From: Cenococcum geophilum
Lineage: Eukaryota
DNA: 64,000 nt
Direction of reading: 5' to 3'
NCBI GenBank assembly: GCA_050273025.1
Contig: CP158636.1
Location: forward strand, 8,184,001 to 8,248,000
Shown: one piece after another, positions 21,460 through 33,344 of the stretch
Layout: the number at the start of each line of letters is the position of its first letter
Position numbering within the stretch: position 1 is the first letter of the stretch
The notes under the pieces: generated by a model
Told to the model about the DNA's origin: nothing
Database searches by the model: none
Seen by the model: only the letters and a program-made list of their open reading frames with translations
Made by a program: the position numbers and the translations under genes

Positions 21460-22481
21460 ATTCATAAGGGCATAGAGTAGGAGACATCAATTTCAGAGGA
21501 ACGGTATTTCTTGAAGTTCTCCGTAGAGTAATCTAAGTCTCATTTCGATCCAGAGCTGGGCTTGAAAATCTATCCATGCATGATTAATGATACATTTGTG
21601 ACGGTGCCGGGAATGATTACTCGTATCAAAAGCATTGGGTCTTGTCTCAAACAAACATTTATTTCTTCTTCGCTCTTATAGACCTCAAATAAAACCTCAA
21701 CGCTAGGTAAACTATTCTAGTTCCTAGGAATTCGGGTCTTAAGGGATAGAAGTTAGAGGAAGCTATAGCTCTATTAAAACTCTTAAGTCGCTTTATGAAC
21801 GTATGCAAGACAGTCTTAATTAACCTCCCCTGACGCTGACAAGCTTGAAGGGTACCACGGATAAACCCCTGGGCTATTGATATAGTAGACGTATTTCGAA
21901 GGATTAAATGCGACCGCAGGTTTTTGACCATGTTGAAGATGCAGCTCCGGCACCAATATGTCCAGCACCACCCACATATTCTATGATGCTAGGGTGACAG
22001 CCTAAACAGAGTGTGCTTTTGGTTCAGCCGAGCTAGTGACGATTCACCCGAGATTCCATTTTCGCATTTAATTGTACATAGGAAAGAGTATGTCATACCA
22101 CGGATGATGTTTCTTTTCTTTCCGGCCTAACGTCTCCCTGGTAAAAGTTTGTATCGAATTTTTCTAGAACAATGCTTGTTGGCAGTTTAAAAATTGTATG
22201 CATTGCTTCCCGGAAACATCATTAATTCTTTCCGCGTTACCTTTGAATGAGGTAAATCGATCGAGTGCGGCGTCACGGATTGTGGCCTGAGGCCTGATCT
22301 AGATAGCTGTCCAAACGTACTTCGAATGGTTTGTCAAGCTTCGCAGGGGTTCCTATGCTCTCCTTCGCATCTCCATTAAAACAACCGGCAAAATATGCTT
22401 AGGATAGTGCGAAGCCATTCATAAGCTCTTGATCTTCCCAAACTGCAGCCCGCTTGGTCATATCTCATCCATCTACCTCCC

Positions 22482-22755
22482 TCATGAATCACCCTTTGTC
22501 AAGGTGTCATCCCGATCCACAAGTTTAATCTTTGGAATGATCCTATCAAGCTCCTCCTTATCTTTCTCCGTTGGTACCAACCCAAATTTCTCCTCTGCAG
22601 TGTCGGATAATAGAAGTCCAAGGCCAGCGTAACCCATAATGCCTACGCCAATCAATACCCGGGTTCGTGGCGCAAGGGAGCGGTATTTCCTAGAATGATT
22701 GTAATCAGAATATGTCTAAAACTTTGATTACAAAAGCCTACTGCCAAATAGACAT
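22482..22755 (-). CDS. Small (73 aa) single-transmembrane hypothetical protein, two exons, absent from the ORF track
   Basis: Exon 22755-22742, intron 22741-22690 (GTAGGC..CTGAT..CTAG), exon 22689-22482. Protein: MSIWQKYRSLAPRTRVLIGVGIMGYAGLGLLLSDTAEEKFGLVPTEKDKEELDRIIPKIKLVDRDDTLTKGDS*. Confidence 0.8.
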
Positions 22756-23137
22756 GCTGACTCTTGTCTTACAGATAAAAGGGGGTCGAAGGTAATTTCG
22801 GTCGTCGAGAAAAGCTCGCTTGAAGCTTGGAGCTCCCATGACATATGTGGCATTTACCACTGCATTCTTATGTCCTTTCCCACGATGACATGAGCTCTCC
22901 CACAATCCTCATATCTTGTCATTACAAAATAACATTGGGAGCTTCAGTGAAGTCACGGTAGAACTTGGCTTCTCGTTCTCATGTCCTCCCATTCGCGGCT
23001 GACTCCATCGATGCGGATGTAGTTCATCACAGGGACAGCAAGCATTCGACACAATACGTTCCCATGTGCTCGCCATTGTTAAAGAGAGCGAGAGGCCGTT
23101 CAACACAATCATACACGGCTGAACTTTCGACCTAAGA

Positions 23138-24862
23138 ATGCCTAATTTTCTCCGCAACCCCACCTCGACCTTCAAGCTCCTAGCTGCCTTCCTCGTCATC
23201 TCATTCTACCTTATCCTAGGAGGATTCTCTCCCATTGGACCCCGTATTCGCAAAAATCCTCCATTTGGTGCACACATACAGTTTGAGGGATGGAAGAACA
23301 ATAGCGGAGCGGCGGACGAAGCCAAGGCGGACCAGGTGGCAAACGCCATGAGGTATACATTTTGGAAATACAGGGAGTATGCATGGGGATATGATGGTAT
23401 AAAACCAGTCTCTGGGGGTAACAAGACAAGCAGAAACGGCTGGGGTGCGTTCATTGTCGACACTACAACAACTCTCGCATTGATGGGTCTGTGGGACGAG
23501 CTGGCGCTCGAAGTGGATCATATCATAGACTCGATTGATTTTAATATCGCACATGGTCTTGTGGATCCTTTCGAAACAACAATTCGATATTTAGGCGCTC
23601 TGGTTTCCCTAACGGATCTTCTTGATGCTGGTATTGTCCCATCCTCAGCTATCAACAGCACCAAGCGCGATGCAATCCTTGCTCAAGCCGTTACCCTTGC
23701 CAACAAGCTGGCCCCCTGCTTCGACAGTCCAACAGGTATGATCTGGCCACGCGTAAATTTTACTACAGACCTTGGAGTGCCAGATCCGCCCTTAGTCTAC
23801 AAACTTGATCCCTTGAAGCCACGCTACAAAAATCCCTCCATAGGGCCTGCACGTGCCGGATCAAACATCCTAGAAAACCGTGTTCTCAGTCGCCTTACAA
23901 ACAATCAGGTATACCTTAGCAATGCGACACGCGCTTGGGCTCCACTTGTCTGGAGCTCCTATATCACATCCTGGCCCGGTATGGTGGACGCCCCATTCGA
24001 TATCGTCACCGGCGAACCTGTTGGTCGGCAGCGTCACTGGGATGCGGGCCACGATTCCTACTACGAGTACCTGCTCAAAATAGCGCTCCTAGCTCCGAAA
24101 GACCGTTATACGCAAACGTACAAAAATAAGTGGCTGGCAGCCGCGGACTCGCTCCGCTATCGCATCGCGTCGCGCTCCGCACCATCTCCAAAACATGATA
24201 CCCAGCACCTATTCATAGGCAAGCAAAACGACAACTGGTTCATAAACGAACAATCCCATCTCGCCTGCTTCGCAGCGGGCAATATTATGCTCGGCGGCCG
24301 CTACTTCGACCGCCCCGACTTCATTTCTCTGGGAAAAGCGCTACTCGAAGCATGCCACCACACCTATGCCTCCACACCAACGCATATTGGCCCAGGTATT
24401 TGGTCCTGGATCCCCAAATTCGGGTACGACAATGCTACGTTTCAGCCCTCTACTGCTAGACAGGAAGACGAGCTCAAGGAGCACGGCTTCTGGGTCGCTG
24501 ACGCGAAATACCGTCTCCGGCCCGAGTACGTCGAGAGTCTCTTCTACGCGTACCGCATCACCGGCGAACAGCGGTATAGAGACTGGGCATGGGATGCGTT
24601 CGTTGCGTTCGAGACGCACTGCAAGACGCCGTACGGGTATGCCGGGCTGCGCGACGTGATGCGGAAGCCGCGTAGCGTAGATCTGGAGGAAGAGGCGTTG
24701 GCGCAGAATGAGGGTGAGGGTTGGTGGATTGACGAGAGCGAGAGCTTCTGGGGCGCGGAGACCCTAAAGTATTTGTGGCTGATTTTTGCGGATAAGGAGG
24801 TGGGGAGTTTGGATCGCTGGGTCTATAGCACTGAGGGACATCCGTTTAGGATGATTAGGTGA
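23138..24862 (+). CDS. Class I alpha-1,2-mannosidase (glycoside hydrolase family 47), intronless
   Basis: N-terminal TM anchor; motifs FETTIRYLG, DSYYEYLLK, HLACF, LRPEYVESLFYAYRITG, ESFWGAETLKY, STEGHP. Confidence 0.95.
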   Translation: MPNFLRNPTSTFKLLAAFLVISFYLILGGFSPIGPRIRKNPPFGAHIQFEGWKNNSGAADEAKADQVANAMRYTFWKYREYAWGYDGIKPVSGGNKTSRNGWGAFIVDTTTTLALMGLWDELALEVDHIIDSIDFNIAHGLVDPFETTIRYLGALVSLTDLLDAGIVPSSAINSTKRDAILAQAVTLANKLAPCFDSPTGMIWPRVNFTTDLGVPDPPLVYKLDPLKPRYKNPSIGPARAGSNILENRVLSRLTNNQVYLSNATRAWAPLVWSSYITSWPGMVDAPFDIVTGEPVGRQRHWDAGHDSYYEYLLKIALLAPKDRYTQTYKNKWLAAADSLRYRIASRSAPSPKHDTQHLFIGKQNDNWFINEQSHLACFAAGNIMLGGRYFDRPDFISLGKALLEACHHTYASTPTHIGPGIWSWIPKFGYDNATFQPSTARQEDELKEHGFWVADAKYRLRPEYVESLFYAYRITGEQRYRDWAWDAFVAFETHCKTPYGYAGLRDVMRKPRSVDLEEEALAQNEGEGWWIDESESFWGAETLKYLWLIFADKEVGSLDRWVYSTEGHPFRMIR

Positions 24863-25380
24863 TGCCGTTGGAGAGGTGGTGGCGTAGGGGAGGAAAGGAT
24901 GGCATGGTGGGAGGCGTATGAGGAGTACGATACCCGGCCCTGCCATGACTTGGGAGCTGGCGTTTTGCATTTAGGTGTACTCATTTTTTTTATTGAGTTA
25001 TATGAGAAGAATTCTGTATATGCATGTTTATTCATCTTTCCGCCAGCCTCGCAGGACTTTGGCAACATTTCATAGGCGGTTCTGCAGTTCCATCACGCTG
25101 CAAGTGGTATGCATGGGCACTGGAGTGGTCTTAAGATATCATCCTTCAAAAAGGATCTTCAAATCTTGGTAGGCCTTGTACAGTCGCCCATAATTGTTCC
25201 ACGACATGACAGTGCTCACCACATTTGAGAGCTCCGCCATTTGATTAAGAAGGGATTTCCCTAATCTGCTATGATCGAAGACATTCGACAATCGAAACTT
25301 TAAGGTGGCCAATCAAAACGTCAAGTATGTAATTATCCCCAGCTATCCTACCTCATAATTCCACCAAATCTTGCTCGATC

Positions 25381-26416
25381 CTAGTCCCCGTTCTCAAACT
25401 TCAGCCCGTTCTCTTGTCTCACCGCACCATAGATGCTCGGCAGGTCTCCTTTCGCACCTAGATGCTCTTTCACAGCCACAAGATGGCTATCAGCAGCCTC
25501 TAACGCCCCCATCTTCGCGTTGCCAGCCTTCTTCGCTATATCCAGGGCATGACCAGCATCCTTCCTCGCCAAGTCAACAGCAAACAACGGCTCTTCTCGC
25601 TTGTAGTAATCACCAGCCAGCATCCGATCCGAATAAGCGGCATACGGCCCAGGAAACATGACTTCGATCCACTTGTGCAGGTTATCAGTGCCCAGGCCAG
25701 ATATTTCAGCAAGTGTAAGGCCTTCCGCGAGGGATTCGACCATGTTTATTATAAAAGTATTGCCGATGACTTTGAGGAGTGTGGCTTTGCCAGGTTCTTG
25801 GTCTGCATAGTCGATATCGGCGCGACCAACGACGCCCGTTGTGTAGGGTTTAACTTTGGCGATTGAAGATGATGGACCGGCGAGGACGCAGATTAGAGAG
25901 CCAGCATCTGCCATAGCAGGGGCGCCAAAGACTTGGGATTGTCAATTGGTTATTTGGGGATGAATTGGAAGAGTTGGAAAAAGATACTCACCAGGCATCG
26001 CTACGAATTCGGCCCCTTTCTTGCCAATTCTTTTAGCAAGAGCATTGGAAGTCTCGGGATGCACGGTCGAGCAATCTACAAACAATTTCCCCTTCACATC
26101 CTGCTGGAGTGCTGTATCTATAGTCGCATTGACGGCCTTATCATCTCCTAGACATGTGAAGATAATATCTGAACCAGCAACAACTTCATCAACAGTTCCG
26201 GCGACTTTGGTGTTTCCAGCGCCGAGTTTTTCTGCGAGATCATCGGCGCGTTTCTTTGTTCGGTTGTAGATAATCAGAGCCTTGTCAAGCTTCCCTTTCT
26301 CGACCAAGTTCTTACACATGCCCTGAGCTCAATTAGCGGAGCGGGAGGGGCTGAAGGCTTGGTATGTTTACCCTGCCCATATTGCCGAGGCCAATCCACG
26401 CAAGTTGAGGTGCCAT
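25381..26416 (-). CDS. 3-hydroxyisobutyrate / 6-phosphogluconate dehydrogenase family NAD(P)-binding oxidoreductase
   Basis: Exons 26416-26372, 26322-25992, 25931-25381. MAPQLAWIGLGNMGRGM (Rossmann fold), FVDCSTVHP, PVFGAP, LLKVIGN, FAVDLARKD. Confidence 0.93.
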
Positions 26417-26756
26417 ACTGAAAGATTTGATTATTCTGCTGTTGAATTGAATTGGCTTCGAAATGCTTGGAATATCCTCACTTTATACCGGTCTTTTAAA
26501 TACATAATACATGGCAAATGCTTCCGCGCGGAATAAAAGCCTCCCCCTGCGGCGGATGACGCATGATTATGGCTGTCAGCCGAAATCGCTTATTCCTTAT
26601 CGATAGGCAAATTTCTGTGTCCCACCTGATTGTCTGATGCAATTTGTGCAACGCTCGCCCCCGCCAATATAACCAGCCAGCTGCCCTTAAACCTCCTCCA
26701 TCTGTACCACCAACAAGGCAATTGGAAAGACTGCTTACTGGAGCTTATTATGAAGC

Positions 26757-29025
26757 ATGAACATATGCCGAAAAGCCCGGCCGAGAGGCTTAGGGACGAC
26801 GTCAGCATCTGTGCGCATTCCCTTTGACTCAACCTCTCCCTATTTCCCGACTAACCAATTGCTCCACCAAGCCCTCTTCTAGACCAGATAGCTTTACTCA
26901 GCACCTCTGTGGCCTTCGGTGCTCGCGTCTTTCTACTACTATCGCCGTGAAGCAGGATGGCGACGATCTGCCCCCAAAGGCCAAACCGAGTGCCAAAGAG
27001 CGATTCGCTGACCGCGAGTTCCTGCTCAATTTCCTAAAAGGCTCGCCCATCAAACGCGATGCTAAGTCTTACATCCAACACTACTCTCTCTCTCAGAAGT
27101 CGAATCCGGCCGTCATACCCAAGATCGAATTGGCCGTCAGCGAGCTGGTGGGACAGGCCAACTACAACAATTGGCGGCTGAGCAAGACCGGTGTTAATCT
27201 AGGGAATCTATACCCTCCAACAAAGGCGATTGAGGAGAGCCCGGTCTTCACCCAGCAACCCCTGCCGGACCAATTCGTCCCTGAAAATGCTGAAACCGTG
27301 CATATTGCTCTGGTGAAGCTGCGGCAGCCACAGATTCTGGATGAGGATACTCTCCAAGGGATTGCTCTAACTCTGAGTCAGCTGGTCCGTCTGGGGCTGA
27401 ATATTGCTTTGGTCGTCGACTGCGATGAGGCTGAAGTGCCTGAAGTGCCGGAGGAGTTTACGCAGAGCTGGGAACGATATGTGTTTAAACAAGCAGATCG
27501 GATTGTGGCCGCGTTGAACGAACACAACACACCCGGTGCTGTTCGCATTGAGAATGCTTTTGGGTATTCAGAGATCAAGAATGAGATCCCCACCACTGTT
27601 TATGTCCGCGGTGGTGTGGAAGTTAAGAATAAGAATTTATTATTACCACTACTTGAGGCTGGCATTATTCCAGTAATTCCTCCGATAGCACATACAACGG
27701 ATTTACAAACCAAAATGAGAGTACCACCTGATGATCTAATTCTGGCTTTAACGAGAGAGTTTGCCGGAATCACGGCTCAAAAGATCCAAGAAGATAGCCT
27801 AGAGAAGATGGTTGAAATTCCTATTGAGAAGGCAGAATCTGTTCAGGAAAAACCTATTCTAGACCGTATCATTATTTTGGATCCTCTGGGTGGTATACCT
27901 TCGGATGAAAGACCGGATAAGGCACATGTGTTCATCAATTTGGAGCAAGAGTATAAATATGTTAGGAAGGAATTACTCCAATATTCGACTCCCACTCTAC
28001 CAAAACAGGAGGATAAATACTCAATCCTAGGAAACAGCAATCCTTTCTCCAAAATCATGGAACAAGATATTAAACCTCTCAATCCATCCATCCGAAACCA
28101 GATAGCTCCAAAACCTAAGCCCAGCCGTCACATCAAAAACCTCGACACCGTCCAACGCACCCTCAAACTTCTCCCACCCTCCTCCTCCGCTTTAATAATC
28201 ACCCCCCTCTCCGCCGCCATCTCCTCGCAGCCGCCCTCCCCCGCCTCCCCCACCACCAGCGTGCGCACGCGCCGCCAGAAAAACCCGCTCATCCACAACC
28301 TTCTCACTGACAAACCCATGATCTCGTCCTCGCTGCCACACTCGCGCCTCCACGCCCCCGAAACCGACACCACGCCGAACCGCCCAACCTTCCTCAAAAA
28401 GGGCATCCCGGTGACCATCATCCCGGACCCGCGCACACACCCCTGGGTGCCGCCGAGCGCGGCCGCGCCCAGCATCGAGCTGCAAAACGACCCGCGCATC
28501 GACGTCCCACGCCTGCTCGACCTGATCGAGGACTCGTTCCAGCGCAAGCTCGACGCGCCGCACTACCTGTCGCGCATCCGCGGGCGCGTCGCCGGCGTCA
28601 TCATCGCGGGCGAGTACGAGGGCGGGGCGATCTGCACGTGGGAGGAGCCGCCCGACTCGTCCCCCTCGTCGCCCTCGGCCCCGGTGCCCTATCTCGACAA
28701 GTTCGCCGTCCGCACTCGCTCTCAGGGCTCCGGCGGCGTCGCGGACGTCGTCTTTAACGCCCTCGTGCGCACCTGCTTCCCTAACGGCGTCGTCTGGCGC
28801 TCGCGCTCTAATAATCCCGTCAATAAGTGGTACTTTGAGCGTGCGGCGGGCATGTGGAAGCTGCCGGGCGACCAGTGGACCATGTTCTGGACGACCGAGG
28901 GCGTGGTGGAGGAGTTTGGGGAGAGGGTTCGGAGGGGGGAGGCTGGGGGCGGGAGGTGGGATGCGTATGTTGGGGTTTGTAAGGGGGTTGCGCCGAGTTG
29001 GGCGGATGGAAAGAGGCCAGATTAG
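26757..29025 (+). CDS. ARG2: Mitochondrial amino-acid (N-acetylglutamate) acetyltransferase
   Basis: Predicted exon 26757-26810 (basic presequence MNICRKARPRGLGTTSAS), intron 26811-26871 (GTGCGC..CTAAC..AAG), in frame with the main exon. Motifs HVFINLEQEY, NPLIHNLLTDKP, YLDKFAV, WRSRSNNPVNKWYFERA. Confidence 0.92.
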
Positions 29026-29992
29026 GGGATGGGTGTTTGAGTGAATTTGTTTTTAAGTGGATTTTTGGGTGGATTGGCGTTTTTCTAAAAGTTCGTGAGG
29101 ATGATGTGGTTTGATGGTGCTTGTATATACCTTACTTCTCTTCTGTATTTGATTTGATAAGCTAAAAGTATGCTTCTAGGGTGGGCAAGATATAGTGGCG
29201 GAATCTTAACAATATCTTGGCGTCACTGAATTTCTAGTATCTTACTGATACCCTCGCGCATAGCTTCAGGTGTTCGAGAAAAGTGTATGGTTCCTCCATA
29301 TATCTAATTTCACATTACTCATCCCGGACCCACATGCAGTAGCAAAAACTAAAGAATGACCTCTCGCGCGAATGCCTTTATAAATCCATAAGATGGTGCA
29401 TATTCCAGTCATCGAGATTGTGCTCAGCCCCTGAAAAACGAAGGTGGAGCTACCCGGTCGTCTTCGCCTGCCGTAGAAATATCGAGACGATGTTTATGGC
29501 TAGATTGACTACATGAGAGGTTAAAACTTGGAAGTGGCGTTGTGCCGCGCGGTGCGGTGTGAGAGGGTGGGTCTAACTTTCGTAAGAGCAGATGTGGATG
29601 TTTAGGATTTTATTTAGGAATAACCTTTAAGAGAACGACTAATCCAGAAAAAGATATACCCTAAGACCACGCCTTTGAGAGAGAGGGAGATTATTATAGG
29701 AAGAATTATATCTATCAAAGAATGACGTACCAAGAAAGCCATGCCCGAGGAAATGCCATCATTACCTGAGAACCAAACCCGCTGGGCAGAGAAAAACGAT
29801 TCAGAGAAACCCAATATAACTCATCTAAATTCTCAGCAGTTGAGTCTACCAGACCTACTTCTCCCAGTATTGAAACCTAGGTTCCAGATCTTTTCCCACT
29901 GCGAACGCCACGCCGCCGAACTCCTACAGAATGCCATTACACAGAACTCTTCAATCTAAACCCAAGCACACTCTGAAATCCCCACCCACAAT

Positions 29993-31890
29993 CTACGCCC
30001 CGTCCCTATTCCCACCCTTCCCATGCCGAACAAGCCATCCCAGCAAATCCACCTTCGTAACAACCGCAACAGCCTTCATCGCACCCCCATCCACCCGCTC
30101 CGTCACGACAGCCGCGCTATTCCACTCAAAAAACCGGCTCAGCGCGCTCAGCGGCGTGTCGCGCGTGATCTCGACAAAGCCACGCCGTCTCCCGCCTTCC
30201 TTCTGCCGCTGCGGCGCGGCGCCGACCCGCACGTCCGTCGGCTCCGTCACCACCTCGCTGAGCTTGCGGAAGTCGAACATGACGTCCGAGACGGGCGACT
30301 GCGGGCCGGCGCGGCCGGCCGAGATGTAGCTCAGCAGGTTGCCGAGAGTGACGAGGCCGACGAGGCGCGCACCCTGAGGGGAGGAGACGGGGAGTTGGTC
30401 GAAGCCTTTGTCGCGCATGGTTTCGATGGCGTCGGCGCAGGGGGAAGAGGCGGGGATCGTGGTGACGGGCTTGAGGCGTAGGGTGCGGATGGTGGCGCCG
30501 TGGAAGGGGTCATGCTTGGAGGTGGGGGAGGAGGGCCTGGATGGGGGGGTTGGGGGGAGCAGGTCGTTGGCGGCGAGCCAGTCGTCGTCGACGAACTTGG
30601 AGACGTTAGGTCGTGCGTAATTGATGATTGGGTATAAAGGAAAAGGAGAGGATGTGAGAGGCGTCTGAGTGGGACAGAGTCAAGGTATAGGAGAAGGGTT
30701 TGAATGACCAGAGGAAAGTGAGGAATAGAATAGAATTGGTTAGAATAGGGAAACAGAGAATACATACCTTGCTCAAGTAACTCCTGATACTGTCCGGCAA
30801 TACAACCACAACCACATCATCCTTACCTAACCCTAAATCTTTCACAGCTCTCACCATAGCGTCCATAGCACTTCCACTACTCCCACCACACAGAATCCCC
30901 TCTTCAGCAATCAACCTTCTCGCATATTGGAAGGAAGCCCGATCGTCAGTTTTATACCACACATCAACCACCTTCTGATCTAGCACATCCGGAATAAAAT
31001 CATACCCAATGCCTTCCACTTTATACCCCTCATTCGCATGCTCCTGATTCAACGACTCCGGCAACGCAAGAATCGAACCCTGCGGATCCGCCGCAATAAT
31101 CTTGATATCCTTCTTGTGTTTCCGCAATCCCTTCGCAATCCCCGTAATAGTCCCGCCTGTGCCCGCGCCGGCCACCAGCGCCGTAATCTTCCCCTCCGTC
31201 TGCGTCCAAATTTCCTCCGCGGTGCCGAGCTCGTGCGCGAGTGGATTGTCCGGGTTGCCATACTGGTCTAGAATATGTGCATTCGGGATCTCCTTTTCCA
31301 GCCGACGTGCCACGCCGATGTGGGATTCGGGGGAGTCGTACGCGGCTTGGGTGGGCGTGCGGATAATTTCGGCGTTCAGGGCGCGCAGCACGGCAACTTT
31401 CTCGGGCGACATCTTTTCGGGGAGGGTTATGATAGTTCTGTATCCTGCAGCTTCAAGTCAGCCAATTGCGCACTTCCTAATGGCCCAAGTAAACTGCAAC
31501 GAAAGCAGAAAAGGCGTTAGTGGCGAGTCAATCTCACCTTTCACGGCAGCAACCAGCGCAAGTCCAATTCCCCTGTGTCACCACCCAAAATTAGCACGTA
31601 GTCTTATTTTGAGGCTAGATCGCAACTCACGTGTTCCCGCTCGTCGGCTCGATCAGCGTGTCTCCAGGCTTTATCCTCCCGCTCTTCTCGGCCTCCTCAA
31701 TCATCCTCAGCGCAATGCGGTCCTTCACGCTGCCTCCCGCATTAAACATCTCCAACTTAGCATACACCGTCGCCTCGATGCCTAAGCTCTGCGGGATCTT
31801 GTTCAGCCGAACGAGCGGCGTGTTCCCGATCTGCTGCGTAACGGTGTCCATGACGACGGGAGGGATTGCGTGACGGGTTTTGGAAGCCAT
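29993..31890 (-). CDS. CYS4: Cystathionine beta-synthase
   Basis: Exons 31890-31631, 31572-31538, 31444-30768, 30595-29993. [20 protein letters not shown] (PLP lysine), [35 protein letters not shown], then C-terminal CBS domains (GFDQLPV). Confidence 0.97.
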
Positions 31891-32348
31891 GGCGGCGGAT
31901 ATGCACTCTCGAGCCTCTACTGCTACTGGGCGCTGCATGGAGGATAATGGTGGGTGGGTACGAAGAAAGAATTGGAGCGTCGAGGGTGGTTCGAGGGGCA
32001 CGGAACGAACAGGTGGTGATGGTTTGGTGGAGCGACAAACTTCTGGGCTGAGCCGATCATAGCCGCGTCTTTTAGCCCCGCGACATACTCAGGGCGGAAT
32101 CCGCACGCGTCGCTGCTCTAGATGAACTCGGTATTTGCAGCACCGAAGTGACAGTATAAACAACTGCCGACCTCAAATTTATCCCACACGTCGAGCGTAC
32201 ACCTGCGTTGCATCCATCCGCCGTACAGCGGAGGCAAGGAGAACTCGCAGTATGCAGCAATTGCGGCGTTGTCAGAAGTTGATGCAGGAACGCTTCATAA
32301 ATCAATGATATAGTGGAATGCAATGCAAGATGTCGAAGCCGTACATTG

Positions 32349-33344
32349 TCACAGCTGCTCAGCAACCCACTCCCACCAATCCCTCGCATCAGCTCCATCC
32401 GCCCCCATCACGTTCCCGCCTTTGACCTGCACATGCACATTAACCTCGTCCATCTGCCCAAAGTCGAACGCGCCGTCTCCCCCGTCCCCAAGCCAATCCC
32501 GCTCGTCCTCGACGCCGTCCTCCTCGCCCATCCCGACGCCCGAGTCCCTCAGCCCCTTCGCCTTTGTCCGCCGCACATCCGTGATCGCCTTCTCCAGCGC
32601 GATCCTGACGAGGTCGGGCGGCAGCGCAGTGAACAGATCAAGCTTGTTCGCAGCGACGAGCACCGGCACTTCCCTCGGGCTCTTAGACGTCTTGGCGGCC
32701 GTGTAGCGCTTCTGCAGCGCCAGCAGCACGTCGTGGAGGTACTCGGCCGCCTCAGCCAGCCCCGCCTCCTCGCCCACGGCCGCCGCGTCCACCAGGAAGA
32801 TGATCCCGCGCAAGGTGTCCGGTTTGGCGAGCTGCGCCGTCACGAAGTGCCGCAGCTTGCCGTGGCCCGGCGTGTCGACCAGCAGGAACCGCCGCGACCG
32901 CGCATGCGACGGGTCGCCCTCGGAGCGGTACTTCGAGGATGCGGCGGTGCTGGATTCGGGTAGCGTGCACGAGGCTGAAAGGGGCGTCTGCGAAAGGTGT
33001 GTTGCGCTGGGCTTGCCGCGCTCGAGCTGTGTGCGTTAAGAATGGGTGTTAGCTAGCGGTCGGGGCGGGTAACATGACTGGAAACAGCCGGCTGCAGAAT
33101 CGACGCAGAGCTTGGGAAGACGGGAAAGGCTGGGAGCGCATACGAAGGTAAGAAATGCTGTTTTCCCCGCGCCGCTCGGTCCAACAAGTAAGAAAGTGGG
33201 CAGGCTGGCCGGAGTCTGTCTCCTGTAGATAAACTGGTGTAGCAGAACCGGGAGGATAAGCGCGATGACGAGGGTGACTACAATCGTGGAGAGGTGCGGG
33301 CCAAAGGCGAGCGTAAGCCAGCTGTCAGCATCGTGCCAGACCAT
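32349..33344 (-). CDS. SRP102: Signal recognition particle receptor beta subunit (GTPase)
   Basis: Exons 33344-33144 and 33026-32349. N-terminal TM helix, GPSGAGKT, DTPGHGKLR, IIFLVDAA, VAANKLDLFTA. Confidence 0.93.

Noticed and set aside
21640..21935. 90-aa minus-strand ORF in an AT-rich patch
   Set aside because: Looks like a short RIP-mutated repeat fragment; no family could be assigned.
23138..33344. Metabolic gene cluster (ARG2, CYS4, dehydrogenase, GH47)
   Set aside because: Unrelated housekeeping pathways and no backbone biosynthetic enzyme.
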